The notes beneath the pieces were generated by a model. That model saw only the letters and a program-made list of their open reading frames with translations. It ran no database searches and was not told the origin of the DNA. A stretch of 64,000 nucleotides of DNA from an uncultured Verrucomicrobiaceae bacterium (lineage in GTDB: Bacteria > Pseudomonadota > Gammaproteobacteria > Pseudomonadales > CAMLJR01), in the NCBI GenBank assembly GCA_964631955.1, contig CAZWBA010000002.1, forward strand, positions 12,508 to 76,507, read 5' to 3'. The first letter of the stretch is position 1, and the number at the start of each line of letters is the position of its first letter. Of this stretch, positions 5,903-13,532 are shown in pieces. The translations under genes were made by a program, and so were the position numbers.

Positions 5903-8485
5903 TTATTTCCGACCCTCACTGTCGTCAGGCGCATATCTTTTTAACTCGCGCTCCAACATTTCCCCCAAATCCCTACCACTCCGATTAAAATCAATATCCT
6001 CTGCGCCGGGCTTTTTACTTAAATAATATGCAATGAATACATCAATACCATCATAAGGCCCCATTCCTCGATCACTCTGTGCAAAAATCCTTATCAGTGC
6101 ACTTGAATGATCAACCACAGTCCGCGAAGACAAAAATTGTCCCGCTAAAACATCACGGCGCTTAACACCTTTTAGCACTTGATTAATTCTCATCCTCCAA
6201 TTAGTACGCAAAATTCCTCTATGAGGAATTTCGAAAGCACCTTTCGTTAGAGATATTGCAGCACTCAATCTAGAAACAGCTTGCGCATCAGCATTGGAAA
6301 TATATGCATCCCATGCAAACTCTATCATTTCCCACAACTTCTGATTTTCATGAAAGTCTGCCATTAAACGCCCATAACCCGACAAATCCATTAAATCCAA
6401 TAACGGCGCACATGCAATTTTTATTTCCCGTTGAGCACGCCAATCTCCAGGATTTATTTTCGGAAGCAAACTTTCGAATCGAGCTATGCAACCAATTAAA
6501 TACCCCTTAAAAACATCATCCAATAACTCAACCTTACCTTTTAGTAAAGATTCCAAGCACGCCTCTCCAAATGTGTGCAAAAACTGGCCCGAATAATCAG
6601 GAAACCCTGGCGGCCTATCAATCAGAGAGAACTTGAGGACCTGGAGCGACATGCTCTTTAATAACTCTAATTTTCGATTTTCAATGTGGAGTAAAAGTTT
6701 TTGATGGTCATAATCCGGCCACAAAATTCCTTCAATTTTTTTTGAGCTTAGGCTCGACCACTTTTCAGCCCAAAAACTCAATTGATAATCAATTTTATGC
6801 CAATACTCCCACTCCCTGCTCATAATCGCACCCGCGAGCCATGGATGCTCATCACTCATATTATCTTTTATCCATTCTCGATAAATATTTGCGGCATCAA
6901 CCACAAGAGATTCCGTATTCTTGAAAAATATTTCCGCTTCTATCTGAATTATTAAACATTCGATATACCAAATTGGAGTAATCTGCTGCCCTTCAGACAA
7001 CCATTCAAAATTGAGGCGTGGAGCGAACCACTCCAGTCTAGGCAAGAAAAAATCTGAGAACCCGGATCGATACAAACTAGAATTATCTTTCCAATTTATT
7101 TTCAATAGATTTTTTTCTATATCGAAGCTTATGGAGCGCTCCACATACTCTCGAAAACCCAGTGCGACTGTGATAAAAACCGAGGTAAATCGCTCAATCG
7201 ATGCCAGCTTTTCTAGTGCTTTTTTGTGGGCAATTCCAGGCGATATAGGACTACAGTCGATGACACAATCACCAACGTATTTTAGAACATTAATTGAGCG
7301 GAAAGCCCCACCCCCTCCTGCCAACCCCTTTAGATACACCTCCAGATGACCGATAAGCTGAGTTACCTCAACATAAGCTCCATCTTTCAGATTTGTCTCT
7401 AAACAATCTCTGATAACTGATATTAGTTCTTCCTCAATCCATTCTTTATCATTCTCCACATCTGGATGTATTGCAGTACCTGTGTCATAAGCGATTGAAA
7501 CCCTAGTATCGTCTGTCTTATACCAGTCACGATGTATATATTTTTGCGCATACCAAAAACTCGCTGAAGGAATGTATTTTTTTCTACTCTCATAATAATG
7601 TAAAAAATTAAGCAATTTTTTTGACAGAGAAATGAAGGGTGTGCTGCGTAAATGAACTTCGCTTTTGGTAATATCTGAAAGAGTTCTCAAAACTTTCAAA
7701 TCTTTCATCGCAAGATTGTGGATATGCTTTTGAAACGAAGCATCTTCCCAACGATATCCGTCAACACTCACTAAATTTATATATTTAATCAACTGCCCAA
7801 ATAAATGATGGCTTAACGCCGTAGGATCGAAAAAATTAAATGCTCTTTGGCCCAACTTTACAAACGCGATAATTCCGACCCCAGCTGCTATTAGCATTAC
7901 TGGCACAGCGAGATACAGGCGCCCCATTCCAAGAACTCGAAATGCAATGAGCGATAATCCCAAAAAGGTAATTTGAGCCAAAAATTGCATATAGACATTT
8001 CCGACTCTGTCGTGAGCAAGCAAGTCACGAATATTATTTGGCACACTTGAATAAATTGCCCCACCGACTGTGCTTATTGCGGCATAGTACAAACCAATAA
8101 AGACCCCACCCATACCACTTATTGTTGCGAGCAATGTTACATAATCGGTATCGTCCGGTATTTTTAAAAAAGTAGGCTTATAGAATCCATAAACAATTGG
8201 ATCGATTAACTGGATAGCAACGGCCAAGCAAAAACCAACTACCAACTGCCGCTGGGTAATTAAAAATAAATTACGCAGCCCCGTGTAATCGGACACGCCC
8301 TCTCTTATAGTTCCGCGCACCGCAAAGACTTTGCTATTAACAAAAAATGTGGTTTTTCGTATCCACATACGCAAAGCCCAATAGAAAGGATTTTGCGATA
8401 AAACCATCTTTAGCCAATTACCCACCCGTACCTCCCATTTATAGTTTTGCTTACATTGCGTAATGCAGTATTTCCACACCTGCAT
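5903..8485 (-). CDS. Hypothetical 860-aa membrane protein: about 4 N-terminal TM segments plus a ~640-aa soluble region
   Basis: 2.6-kb ORF in AT-rich DNA with a GGAAGG Shine-Dalgarno sequence 6 nt before the ATG at 8485. Hydrophobic stretches include LVVGFCLAVAIQLIDPIVYGF, TLLATISGMGGVFIGLYYAAISTVGGAIY, VYMQFLAQITFLGLSLIAFRVLG and LYLAVPVMLIAAGVGIIAFV. The rest is rich in W/Y/F and has no P-loop, nuclease or other motif I recognise. Confidence 0.75.
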   Translation of the reverse strand: MQVWKYCITQCKQNYKWEVRVGNWLKMVLSQNPFYWALRMWIRKTTFFVNSKVFAVRGTIREGVSDYTGLRNLFLITQRQLVVGFCLAVAIQLIDPIVYGFYKPTFLKIPDDTDYVTLLATISGMGGVFIGLYYAAISTVGGAIYSSVPNNIRDLLAHDRVGNVYMQFLAQITFLGLSLIAFRVLGMGRLYLAVPVMLIAAGVGIIAFVKLGQRAFNFFDPTALSHHLFGQLIKYINLVSVDGYRWEDASFQKHIHNLAMKDLKVLRTLSDITKSEVHLRSTPFISLSKKLLNFLHYYESRKKYIPSASFWYAQKYIHRDWYKTDDTRVSIAYDTGTAIHPDVENDKEWIEEELISVIRDCLETNLKDGAYVEVTQLIGHLEVYLKGLAGGGGAFRSINVLKYVGDCVIDCSPISPGIAHKKALEKLASIERFTSVFITVALGFREYVERSISFDIEKNLLKINWKDNSSLYRSGFSDFFLPRLEWFAPRLNFEWLSEGQQITPIWYIECLIIQIEAEIFFKNTESLVVDAANIYREWIKDNMSDEHPWLAGAIMSREWEYWHKIDYQLSFWAEKWSSLSSKKIEGILWPDYDHQKLLLHIENRKLELLKSMSLQVLKFSLIDRPPGFPDYSGQFLHTFGEACLESLLKGKVELLDDVFKGYLIGCIARFESLLPKINPGDWRAQREIKIACAPLLDLMDLSGYGRLMADFHENQKLWEMIEFAWDAYISNADAQAVSRLSAAISLTKGAFEIPHRGILRTNWRMRINQVLKGVKRRDVLAGQFLSSRTVVDHSSALIRIFAQSDRGMGPYDGIDVFIAYYLSKKPGAEDIDFNRSGRDLGEMLERELKRYAPDDSEGRK

Positions 8486-8596
8486 ATAAGGCCTTCCATG
8501 ATTGACACCTAAAGGCTGTAACTCAATTTTTTAACGCGCGACTCAGCGCCCCCGCCCTTATAAATAGCGCCCAAAAGGGACCCGTTGCAACAGTTA

Positions 8597-8760
8597 CAAC
8601 CCACAACCCCACCCCTTTAAGGGGGGTGTGGTATGTGAGGGATATTGGCAATCCACAAAAATTGACAACCGGTACACAGCGGGAAGTGTGGGGCAAAGAG
8701 CACAGCCGATCCACATCCCCACATTAAATCCACAACGATGGCTTGGTGGACTGTGGTTAC
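8597..8760. repeat. CCACA/ATCCACA repeat cluster (iteron-like or DnaA-box-like)
   Basis: ATCCACA occurs at 8651-8657, 8709-8715 and 8728-8734. CCACA(A/T)CCCCAC occurs at 8601-8612 and 8711-8722. Inverted TGTGG/GTGTGGGG copies lie at 8627-8631, 8686-8693 and 8752-8756. A CCCC..GGGG palindrome is centred near 8617. The cluster sits between the RepA-like gene stop (8767) and the 860-aa gene start (8485). Confidence 0.45.
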
Positions 8761-8766
8761 TGCAAG

Positions 8767-9674
8767 CTACCTACAATCTACTGCGACGTGTTCGATTTCA
8801 CCATTAGCAACCAGCCCATCAAAAGCCCTTTGTAGCTGCTCACGCCGACTATCTCTTTTGCCCTCACCGATACCATCGGGTAGGTGCGATAACGCTGCAT
8901 CCACAATACTTTCTTTTGTAGGTAGGTCTAGATCGTTGTAGCTGTCATACGCTGCCAGTACCGCATTTTTATATTTGCTTTTATGCTTGGATCTGCCATT
9001 ACCACCTGGCGCATCGATATAATCAACAATGCAGGAAGTTTCTTCATCACCATATTCATCGTAACCGACTATTACAGGTCGTAGTTTGAAGGTTGCCAAA
9101 AGCCCATCGCGACCATCCTTCATTTTTGAAAGCATTACTCGACGCAAATTGCCGTCCTTAACTATTTCAATAGCTGAGTCCATCGCAGCCATTAAACTCG
9201 AATGCCCTCGCGCTCCGCGCGTCGCATCCTTACCGGTATGATGAACAAGCAGCACAAACGCTCCAGTTAACTTATGCAAATATTTACACGCAGCGATCAC
9301 ATTACCCATGTCACTAGAAGAATTTTCATCCCCTCCCGGCGTCACCTGCGCAAGCGTGTCGATTATGATAAGCGCTGCGCTCCCGCCATTAATTACTACT
9401 TCACCAATACTTTTTTCATCTTTAGCTAAGAAATTAGCTGGGGCATCAATAATGGATAAAGGTACATCATTTAAATCAATTCCATTTTCTGATGCATAAG
9501 CACGCAGTCGTTTTCGCACACCCCCGGCTCCCTCCGCCGCGAGATAAATAACTCGCCCTTGCCGAACACGCCGTCCTAACCATTCAATGCCCCTTGCGAC
9601 TGCAAACATCAAATCAAAAACAAAAAAAGATTTACCAGCAGAGGTTGGCGCATATACAACGCCTGATCTTTCCC
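8767..9674 (-). pseudogene. RepA-like AAA_25 (RecA-fold) ATPase, 5'-truncated by IS insertion
   Basis: The frame stays open upstream of the track's start and reads GVVYAPTSAGKSFFVFDL (Walker A). It runs straight into the IS terminal repeat at 9675. Further motifs are LIIIDTL (Walker B) and VLLVHHTGKDATRGARG. No N-terminal continuation exists beyond the other IS end. Confidence 0.7.
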
Positions 9675-9723
9675 TGATCTTCCCCCTGCATCAGTACCAC
9701 CTCAACAGTGAGAAATCATTTTA

Positions 9724-10542
9724 TCAGGCCGCCTGTTTTGCGTAGACCGCTGGTGGCAAATAGCCCAGCGAGCTGTGTGGCCTGACTTCGTTGTAGTGCT
9801 GTCGCCAGCGATCAATTTCAAAACGCGCCTCATCCAGATCGCGAAACCAATGTTGATTCAAACAACCATCGCGAAAGCGTGCATTGAAGCTTTCAACAAA
9901 TGCATTTTGGGTCGGTTTACCCGGCTGAATAAACTGTAGTGTCACGCCCTTTTCCTTAGCCCAGAAGAACATCGCCTTGCTCGTAAACTCCGTGCCGTTA
10001 TCGCTCACCGTCATCGCCGGCTTGCCGCGCTCTTCAATCAATTGATCCAGGAACCGCGCAACCTGACGACCGCCAATCGAAACCGCAGTGAGCTGACCGA
10101 TACATTCGCGGCTGAAATCATCAACGACGTTCAGCTCGCGGAAACGACGTCCATTGGCCAACTGGTCGGAGACAAAATCCATCGACCAGCGCACGTTGAT
10201 CCGAACCGGCAGCGGCATCGCAAAGCGAGGCCGGACCAGCTTCTTGCGCCGCTTCGTGCGCACCTGCAAATGCTCCTGACTGTAGATGCGATAGGTTCGC
10301 TTCCTGGTGATCACCAGCGATTCGGACTTGAGCAGGCTGTGCAGCATCAGATAGCCGTAACGCGGGTATTGCATCGCTAATTGCTTGAGCCTCTCGCGCA
10401 AAGCGCTATCGCCATGGCCAGTGGTCTGATACCGATACGCGGACCGGCTCATGCCGATCAAATGGCAAGCCTGCCGTTCGCTCACGAATTTGCCGGCGAT
10501 CAAATGCGTGATCGCCTGGCGCCGCGACGCAGGCGTTACCAC
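9724..10542 (-). CDS. IS3-family transposase OrfB (DDE integrase core)
   Basis: 272-aa ORF with rve-type motifs (WSMDFV, VSDNGTEFTS, RPHSSLGYLPP). It is normally expressed as an OrfAB fusion by -1 frameshifting. Confidence 0.9.
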   Translation of the reverse strand: MVTPASRRQAITHLIAGKFVSERQACHLIGMSRSAYRYQTTGHGDSALRERLKQLAMQYPRYGYLMLHSLLKSESLVITRKRTYRIYSQEHLQVRTKRRKKLVRPRFAMPLPVRINVRWSMDFVSDQLANGRRFRELNVVDDFSRECIGQLTAVSIGGRQVARFLDQLIEERGKPAMTVSDNGTEFTSKAMFFWAKEKGVTLQFIQPGKPTQNAFVESFNARFRDGCLNQHWFRDLDEARFEIDRWRQHYNEVRPHSSLGYLPPAVYAKQAA

Positions 10543-10802
10543 TTTTTTGAAACGACTTCCTTCAAAGCGGCGACATCGAGCATGGCATCGGCTAGCAAGC
10601 GCTTAAGCTTGGCATTCTCGGCTTCCAGCTCCTTCATGCGCCTGGCCTCGGAGACCTCCATGCCGCCGTAGATCGATTTCCAGCGGTAAAACGTGCCTTC
10701 GGCAATGCCGAGGCGGCGACAGATATCAGCCACCTTCGATCCCGCTTCATGCTCCTTAAGCGCGGTAATGATCTGTTCTTCGGTGTAGCGTTTCTTCTTC
10801 AT
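10536..10802 (-). CDS. IS3-family transposase OrfA (HTH plus leucine zipper)
   Basis: 88 aa, starting MKKKRYTEEQIITALKEHEAGSKVADICRRLGIAEGTFYRWK, which is typical of IS3/IS407 OrfA. It ends at the slippery site. Confidence 0.9.
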   Translation of the reverse strand: MKKKRYTEEQIITALKEHEAGSKVADICRRLGIAEGTFYRWKSIYGGMEVSEARRMKELEAENAKLKRLLADAMLDVAALKEVVSKKW

Positions 10803-10961
10803 TGTGAGTTCCCCTTTGCTTCAGGTTAATGGGAAATCTCACTGTTGTCGTGGACCTAATTAGTGGGGAAAGATCACTACGATCAATTGTGATTACAAAA
10901 AGCGACTGCTCTTATAGGTGGGGGCTGGATGTGCTCGAGAGTCGCTATTCGCTTTTATTTT

Positions 10962-11528
10962 TCAGAGAAACTCAACAAACTCTTTGAGCTTCGACACCGT
11001 CTGTGGAAGTTGCTGTTTTTGGAGCGTCGTTAAAAAACCCTCAACACTCACTTCCGGATTCTTCAGCGCAAGTCGCTGATTTTTTATAGCCAAGCAGCAA
11101 ATCGATGGCGCCATATCGAGCTGATAATAAATAAAGTCATCGGGGTGCAGCACGTCGATACCGTATGGCGACAATATCGACTCTGGAAAATCTTTCAGAT
11201 TGAAAGTGACAATGGCATCGGCACCGCAACGTATAGCCGCTGCAAGTACGTGACGATCATCTGGATCTGGCAGTTCAAACGTATTAATCAAAGACTCATA
11301 GCCAGTGACTTTCGCATCTCGTACATGCGCATCCATCAGTGCACGCACACGCGCCAATGCTTCGGGTTTGAATTTATTTTCACGTAATAGCGCATTTGTC
11401 CACTCGTCGTGAATTTGATCCGTCCAATGCGCCTTGAATAAATCGGTCATCGCTAATCGCATCAATGTATCCCGCAGTGGAGCGGGATAGAGAACGCAAG
11501 CGTCGTAAATGACGGTGAACTTGCTCAC
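10962..11528 (-). CDS. PIN-domain toxin (VapC-like)
   Basis: 188 aa. Acidic PIN signature residues are in the expected context (VIYDACVLY, PDPDDRHVLAAAI, IVTFNLKDF). It starts 5 nt after the upstream HTH gene. Confidence 0.8.
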   Translation of the reverse strand: MSKFTVIYDACVLYPAPLRDTLMRLAMTDLFKAHWTDQIHDEWTNALLRENKFKPEALARVRALMDAHVRDAKVTGYESLINTFELPDPDDRHVLAAAIRCGADAIVTFNLKDFPESILSPYGIDVLHPDDFIYYQLDMAPSICCLAIKNQRLALKNPEVSVEGFLTTLQKQQLPQTVSKLKEFVEFL

Positions 11529-11533
11529 AGGGC

Positions 11534-11986
11534 TCAGTACCCCATGTTCTCTTCTTGGGATAGCGCTGCAAGCTCATCCAGCGCTTGGGTGCGGAGATTA
11601 GCGGTCTTTTCCCTATACGCCAGCACATCTTTCAACAGCACACGGCGATGAGCACCAACCTTACGGAAGGGAATCTCACCTTTTTCAAGGAGACTCACCA
11701 GAAAGGGGCGGCTGACATTAAGCAGATTTGCAGCTTCCTGCGTGCTGACCTCCTGGTGATGGGGGATCAGACTGATGGCATTACCTTTGGACATCTCCGA
11801 CAGCACGTCCAGCAGAATCTGCAGCACCTGCCCTGGCAATACCAAATCGTCCGATTCGCCATTACTGCCACGCAGCGAGAGCTGCACTCTGTCGGTATTG
11901 GCATACTTCGAAAGCGTGCGGCTGGAAATCTTGGCCTGCTCAGCCTCCGCACTGGTGGGCAAGTGAATTATTTTTTGGGTGGACAT
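11534..11986 (-). CDS. Excisionase-type HTH antitoxin partner of the PIN toxin
   Basis: The C-terminal HTH (STQEAANLLNVSRPFLVSLLEKGEIPFRKVGAHRRV) is typical of the excisionase/MerR-like DNA-binding domain paired with PIN toxins. I prefer the ATG at 11986 (MSTQKIIHL). Confidence 0.7.
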   Translation of the reverse strand: MSTQKIIHLPTSAEAEQAKISSRTLSKYANTDRVQLSLRGSNGESDDLVLPGQVLQILLDVLSEMSKGNAISLIPHHQEVSTQEAANLLNVSRPFLVSLLEKGEIPFRKVGAHRRVLLKDVLAYREKTANLRTQALDELAALSQEENMGY

Positions 11987-12287
11987 ATCGAAACCTCCTG
12001 AACTGCTCTCCAGCACTACAAAACCATGTCTTGCAGACTATCATGGGCGAAACATACGAAACAAACGAAATATTCGAAAAAAATGCACAGATCGAGGCTC
12101 CTTGTATCTGAAAATATATTGGCCATGCAGTTCGCATGTTCTGGAGTGGGTATGAGAGAGGGTGCAAATATGGAGATGAACAGATTATGGATTCATCCAG
12201 GACATGGAACCTGATTCAAGTTGATGCGAAGAATCACCATAATCCATAATTGAGCTGGCCTATTTCAGGCGGATGCGCTCGGGATAA

Positions 12288-12308
12288 CAAATCCGGCTCC
12301 GCTACAAA
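12288..12308 (+). repeat. Degenerate direct repeat of the tRNA-fMet 3' end (candidate attR)
   Basis: CAAATCCGGCTCCGCTACAAA aligns with the tRNA 3' end CAAATCTGGCCCCCGCTACCAAA. The blocks CAAATC, GGC, CCGCTAC and AAA are shared, with 2 indels. It lies immediately upstream of a strong terminator. Confidence 0.4.
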
Positions 12309-12312
12309 CCCC

Positions 12313-12343
12313 AAAGGCTCGCTTCGGCGAGCCTTTTTTATTT
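12313..12343 (+). terminator. Rho-independent terminator; likely the displaced native tRNA terminator
   Basis: AAAGGCTCGC (12313-12322), a TTCG loop, GCGAGCCTTT (12327-12336), then a T-run. Confidence 0.6.
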
Positions 12344-12417
12344 GCCAAGTTATTCCAGCGAACAATTTATTCCAGCAACACTTTATTCCAGTAATAATCA
12401 CTCATCGGGAGAAATAC

Positions 12418-12771
12418 ATGTCTATTCCCTCATTGCTGAAACGACTGCGTAGCGCTCCTGAATCCGTTGAGTTTCCCCGCGTCATCGAAACAATCAACGC
12501 ACATTACGAGTACACGCCGACCCACTTCACCAACGGCGTCGGTGTCGATTGTGTCGTCAATGCAATGGGAACCAACGAAGGCTCGTGCCGTATTTTTGCA
12601 TTCGCGCAATTGAATCATTTGAATGAGGCGGAAACACTGGCGTGCTTCGGACAGTTTTATCGCGATGTGTTAAACACACCGGATGGAACCGACCACGCGA
12701 ATATTCGGACGTTCATGCGTCATGGCTGGCAAGGCATTCATTTTTCAGGTCCTGCCTTAAAGAAGAAATAA
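12418..12771 (+). CDS. HopJ type III effector family protein
   Basis: MSIPSLLKRLRSAPESVEFPRVIETINAHYEYTPTHFTNG...GSCRIFAFAQL...ACFGQFYRDV matches my memory of the HopJ family. The track ORF start at 12250 would cross the terminator, so I prefer the ATG at 12418. Confidence 0.75.
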   Translation: MSIPSLLKRLRSAPESVEFPRVIETINAHYEYTPTHFTNGVGVDCVVNAMGTNEGSCRIFAFAQLNHLNEAETLACFGQFYRDVLNTPDGTDHANIRTFMRHGWQGIHFSGPALKKK

Positions 12772-12805
12772 AAGCGCTGCCACGGAATCCGCTTTGCAGG
12801 GAATA

Positions 12806-12849
12806 AAAAAAGGCCGCCCTCTTTTTGTAGTAAATGGGGCGGCCTTTTT
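12806..12849. terminator. Bidirectional terminator between the HopJ-family gene and efp
   Basis: AAAAAGGCCGCCC (12806-12818) pairs with GGGCGGCCTTTTT (12837-12849). A-runs and T-runs flank it on both sides. Confidence 0.6.
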
Positions 12850-12861
12850 ATTGAGTGCGAA

Positions 12862-13428
12862 TTAGCCCTTGATGCGGCTTTTGTATTCGCCAGTACGCGT
12901 ATCGATTTCAACCGAATCGCCGATTTCGCAGAAGCCCGATACCGACATTTCATAACCGTTATTGAGCTTGGCGGTTTTCATGATCTTGCCGGAGGTATCG
13001 CCGCGCACGGCAGGCTCGGTGTAGGCAATGGCGCGCACGATGGTGGTCGGCAACTCAACCGAGATCGCTTTGCCTTCGTAGAAGGTCGCTTCGCACACAT
13101 CGATCATGCCGTCTTCGATGAAGTTGAGCGCGTCGCCGAGATTTTCCGCTTCGACTTCGTACGGGTTGTAGTCGCCATCGACAAATACATAAAGCGGATC
13201 GGCGAAGTACGAGTAGGTCACTTCCTTGCGCTCAAGCACGACGGGATCGAATTTGTCATCGGCCTTGTAAACGCTTTCCGACATGCCGCCGGAGAGCAGG
13301 TTTTTCATTTTGGTTTTGACCACAGCCGCGTTGCGACCGGATTTGTTGTATTCGGCTTTGATGATCACCCAGGGCTGACCATCGACATTGACGACATTGC
13401 CTGAGCGCAGTTCTTGTGCGGTTTTCAT
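12862..13428 (-). CDS. efp: Elongation factor P (Arg32 type)
   Basis: [36 protein letters not shown], with the loop KSGR32N. Length is 188 aa from the ATG at 13428. Confidence 0.95.
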   Translation of the reverse strand: MKTAQELRSGNVVNVDGQPWVIIKAEYNKSGRNAAVVKTKMKNLLSGGMSESVYKADDKFDPVVLERKEVTYSYFADPLYVFVDGDYNPYEVEAENLGDALNFIEDGMIDVCEATFYEGKAISVELPTTIVRAIAYTEPAVRGDTSGKIMKTAKLNNGYEMSVSGFCEIGDSVEIDTRTGEYKSRIKG

Positions 13429-13532
13429 AAGGAGATACCAGATTGTTGCTGAAGACGGAGGTTGTAGCACCCGAGCCAGAGTTGGCATTCGGCAGGCGCA
13501 TGGAAACGGGGGTTATCGCAAAACGCGCGCAA

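Larger units (their letters stand above)
9675..10876 (-). mobile_element. IS3-family insertion sequence (IS407-like), 1202 bp
   Basis: Imperfect terminal inverted repeats of about 45 bp start with TGATCTT (9675-9720 against the reverse complement of 10831-10876). OrfA and orfB overlap, with an A6G slippery heptamer at 10542-10548 for -1 frameshifting. No matching target-site duplication is present (TCCC on one side, CTAC on the other). Confidence 0.85.
4013..12308. mobile_element. Degraded AT-rich genomic island inserted at the 3' end of tRNA-fMet; no integrase seen
   Basis: G+C drops abruptly: spot lines give about 23-42% between 4.1 and 8.5 kb, against about 60% in the flanks. An imperfect direct repeat of the tRNA 3' end lies at 12288-12308 and is followed by a textbook terminator. 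Cargo is typical of mobile elements: XRE regulator, RepA-like ATPase, IS, toxin-antitoxin pair. Confidence 0.55.

Noticed and set aside
8523-8941. Small ORFs (63 aa on the minus strand, 67 aa on the plus strand) in or next to the CCACA repeat cluster.
   Set aside because: One lies within repeat DNA and the other overlaps the 3' end of the RepA-like gene on the opposite strand. Neither has a ribosome-binding site or a recognisable motif.
4013-12308. Search for an integrase or recombinase gene, or a fragment of one, in the island.
   Set aside because: None of the listed ORFs on either strand shows tyrosine-recombinase (R..HxxR..Y) or serine-recombinase features. The only transposition enzyme is the IS3-family transposase. 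Short remnants could still be missed without a tblastn or HMM search.
12250-12417. N-terminal 56-codon extension of the HopJ-family ORF given in the track.
   Set aside because: The extension would read through the attR-like repeat and the strong terminator at 12313-12343. The family-typical N-terminus starts at the ATG at 12418.
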